Origin: Pocillopora damicornis
Lineage: Eukaryota
NCBI RefSeq assembly: GCF_003704095.1
Contig: NW_020844818.1
Coordinates: 310,001-374,000, forward strand
Direction of reading: 5' to 3'
DNA: 64,000 nucleotides
Of this stretch, positions 63,001-64,000 are shown in pieces; position 1 is the first letter of the stretch, and each line of letters begins with the position of its first letter. Both the position numbers and the translations under genes were made by a program. Under the pieces are notes generated by a model, which was given only the letters and a program-made list of their open reading frames with translations, was not told where the DNA came from and did no database searches.

Positions 63001-63618
63001 TCAAATCTTTTGACAAAGTGTCCCTTTGGTCTGCCAAGTCAATTTCCATCAACAATGAACTCACCTTGAAAAAAAAGTGTGTTACCTCACGTCGTTTCCC
63101 TGAATTCCACTCTGCATCCTTAAAATGCACCATTTCACATGATTTGCAGGCACACAGGTTATAAGAAAAATCATGGCTTTTCATCTACAGCCAAAGCTGA
63201 TTCAAATAAAGCAAATCATCTTTTTCTCAGAGAAAATTAGGGTGTCTTATGATTTCTTTCTTTTTCCTTTTCAAAGGAAGCAATTTTAATTCATTCTCTC
63301 TGCGAGTTAGATGAACCACTATTTTGGCAGTATCATGAAGAATCACATGGGTATTCAAAAGGTGTCTGTACTCCAAAATTGGCCTGTAGCAGGTGCAGGT
63401 TCCATTCTAAAGAAAAGGCCTGAGGTAACATTGTAGACCATGTACTGGCTTGTCATTAACCTATGCAAGTGGCAAAGATATTAACATGCAATAGAGATTT
63501 GTTTCTTTTACCATGACATCTCTCTGCTCCATTGGCACTTCTTTCAAGCCAGAGTAGAGCTCTAAATGTTCTTTCACTGTCACAAAGTCAAAGAGCGCAT
63601 TCTGCTGCTGACATACAC
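48033..63618 (-). CDS. ABCA5: ABCA-subfamily full transporter (ABCA5-like), 3' part; 5' part lies beyond the right edge
   Basis: More than 20 exons from about 63618-63513 down to 48134-48033. NBD1: [43 protein letters not shown]; [13 protein letters not shown]; second TMD; NBD2: [55 protein letters not shown]. Subfamily is secure, exact paralog less so. Confidence 0.85.
48185..48403. mobile_element. Palindromic MITE with long TIRs
   Basis: aatagaccatttcacaattgtgtgcttggttgccaagccttt pairs with aaaggcttggcaactaagtacacaactgtaaaatggcct. Confidence 0.75.
48701..48760. repeat. 14-bp minisatellite ACTGATTGCTTGCA
   Basis: Three exact units plus degenerate ones. Confidence 0.8.
49045..49270 (-). mobile_element. 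Repeat containing a tRNA-derived, SINE-like segment
   Basis: Minus-strand A box TGGCTCAGTGG (49160-49150) and B box GGTTCGATTCC (49116-49106); partial homolog on plus at about 41715-41815. Confidence 0.65.
50330..50544. mobile_element. Second copy of the 48185 palindromic MITE
   Basis: Shared caggagtgaggctaagg...ccttgttatgatacaaa...ttgctgcttttcaaatg core. Confidence 0.75.
51010..51428. mobile_element. Two piggyBac-like MITEs in opposite orientation sharing one TTAA
   Basis: ...gtaaaggaTTAAccctttaccc... junction at 51217-51220; right end aaaggaTTAA. Confidence 0.8.
52258..52908. mobile_element. Non-autonomous foldback/Mutator-like DNA transposon
   Basis: About 160-bp TIRs built from ctcgccacca sub-repeats; CATTCATGA(G) duplicated at 52249 and 52909; internal 68-bp tandem duplication 52604-52740. 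Confidence 0.85.
55770..56295 (-). mobile_element. Degraded tRNA-derived SINE interrupted by a DNA element
   Basis: cccatttgtactcctgggtggagagg...aagaacacaacacaat continues after the insert as gacccattcaggtctcaaaccc (reverse B-box-like). Confidence 0.6.
55910..56229. mobile_element. TIR element with (CGAAGAC)n sub-repeats and 8-bp TSD; spans an N gap
   Basis: GGGGTGTCTACAAAACGAAGACCGAAG pairs with CTTCGGTCTTCGTTTTGTAGACACCCC; AACACAAT at 55902-55909 and 56230-56237. Confidence 0.85.
56872..57083. mobile_element. Full-length piggyBac-like MITE
   Basis: TTAAcccattaact...gttaaagggTTAA with both TTAA intact. Confidence 0.8.
57416..57943. mobile_element. TIR element with gatagt/actatc sub-repeats
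   Basis: aagccc...tgatagttgatgatag pairs with catcatcaactatca...ggggctt. Confidence 0.6.
60695..61205. mobile_element. Two piggyBac-like MITEs (60695-60880 partial, 60995-61205 full)
   Basis: TTAAccctttacacc and TTAAccttttgacccc...gttaagggTTAA. Confidence 0.75.
61682..61862. mobile_element. piggyBac-like MITE
   Basis: TTAAccctataactcccaaga...tcttgagagtaaaatggTTAA. Confidence 0.75.
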
Positions 63619-64000
63619 CTTGCATAAAACAAAAGCAAATAACATGAAAAAATAGTTATATATAAAGGATTGTAAACCACCACACTGATAAATAGTAATT
63701 TTTATATACATAATTTTAAATTTAGAAATCTAAAGCCTTATAAATGTGTTTTATATCTTCGTGTTTGTATTTCACATGAAATTGTAATATATTTTATTTA
63801 GTTTATACTCAGAGCTCCCATTGATAGCAGGTGGCTCTTTAGGGCTTCTGATGGGGCTACCCTGAGGTTTATTTTTATTTTGAAATAGAGGCATCCATCC
63901 ATCCATCCATAAGACATGGTCATAACCAAGATTACTAACAAAGGAAATTGCAGTAAATTTGTGGAGTATATCACACTAATAGGTAGGGTTTACCCCTCCT

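Overview
Eukaryotic, AT-rich, intron-containing animal DNA; gene families and repeat landscape suggest a scleractinian coral or related cnidarian (inference). Exon structures were rebuilt by hand from GT-AG sites; gene names rest on recalled similarity, not a database search. In order: DNAH3 (5' part, minus, runs off the left edge), FBXW10-like (plus), a GPCR pseudogene (plus), an intronless class A GPCR (minus), METTL23, POP7, RPL38, MOSMO (exon 1 missing at an N gap), GPANK1, DXO, an intronless fungal-type CWC2, LYRM7, and the 3' two thirds of an ABCA5-like transporter (minus, enters from the right edge). Introns hold many non-autonomous elements: about 20 TTAA-flanked piggyBac-like MITEs, Harbinger-like, Mutator-like and 8-bp-TSD elements, tRNA-derived SINEs and a Penelope-like hairpin. 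Most notable: the stand-alone Cwc2-type spliceosomal gene in an animal, set in a compact cluster of RNA-processing genes with very short divergent promoters. I found no clearly new multi-gene system.
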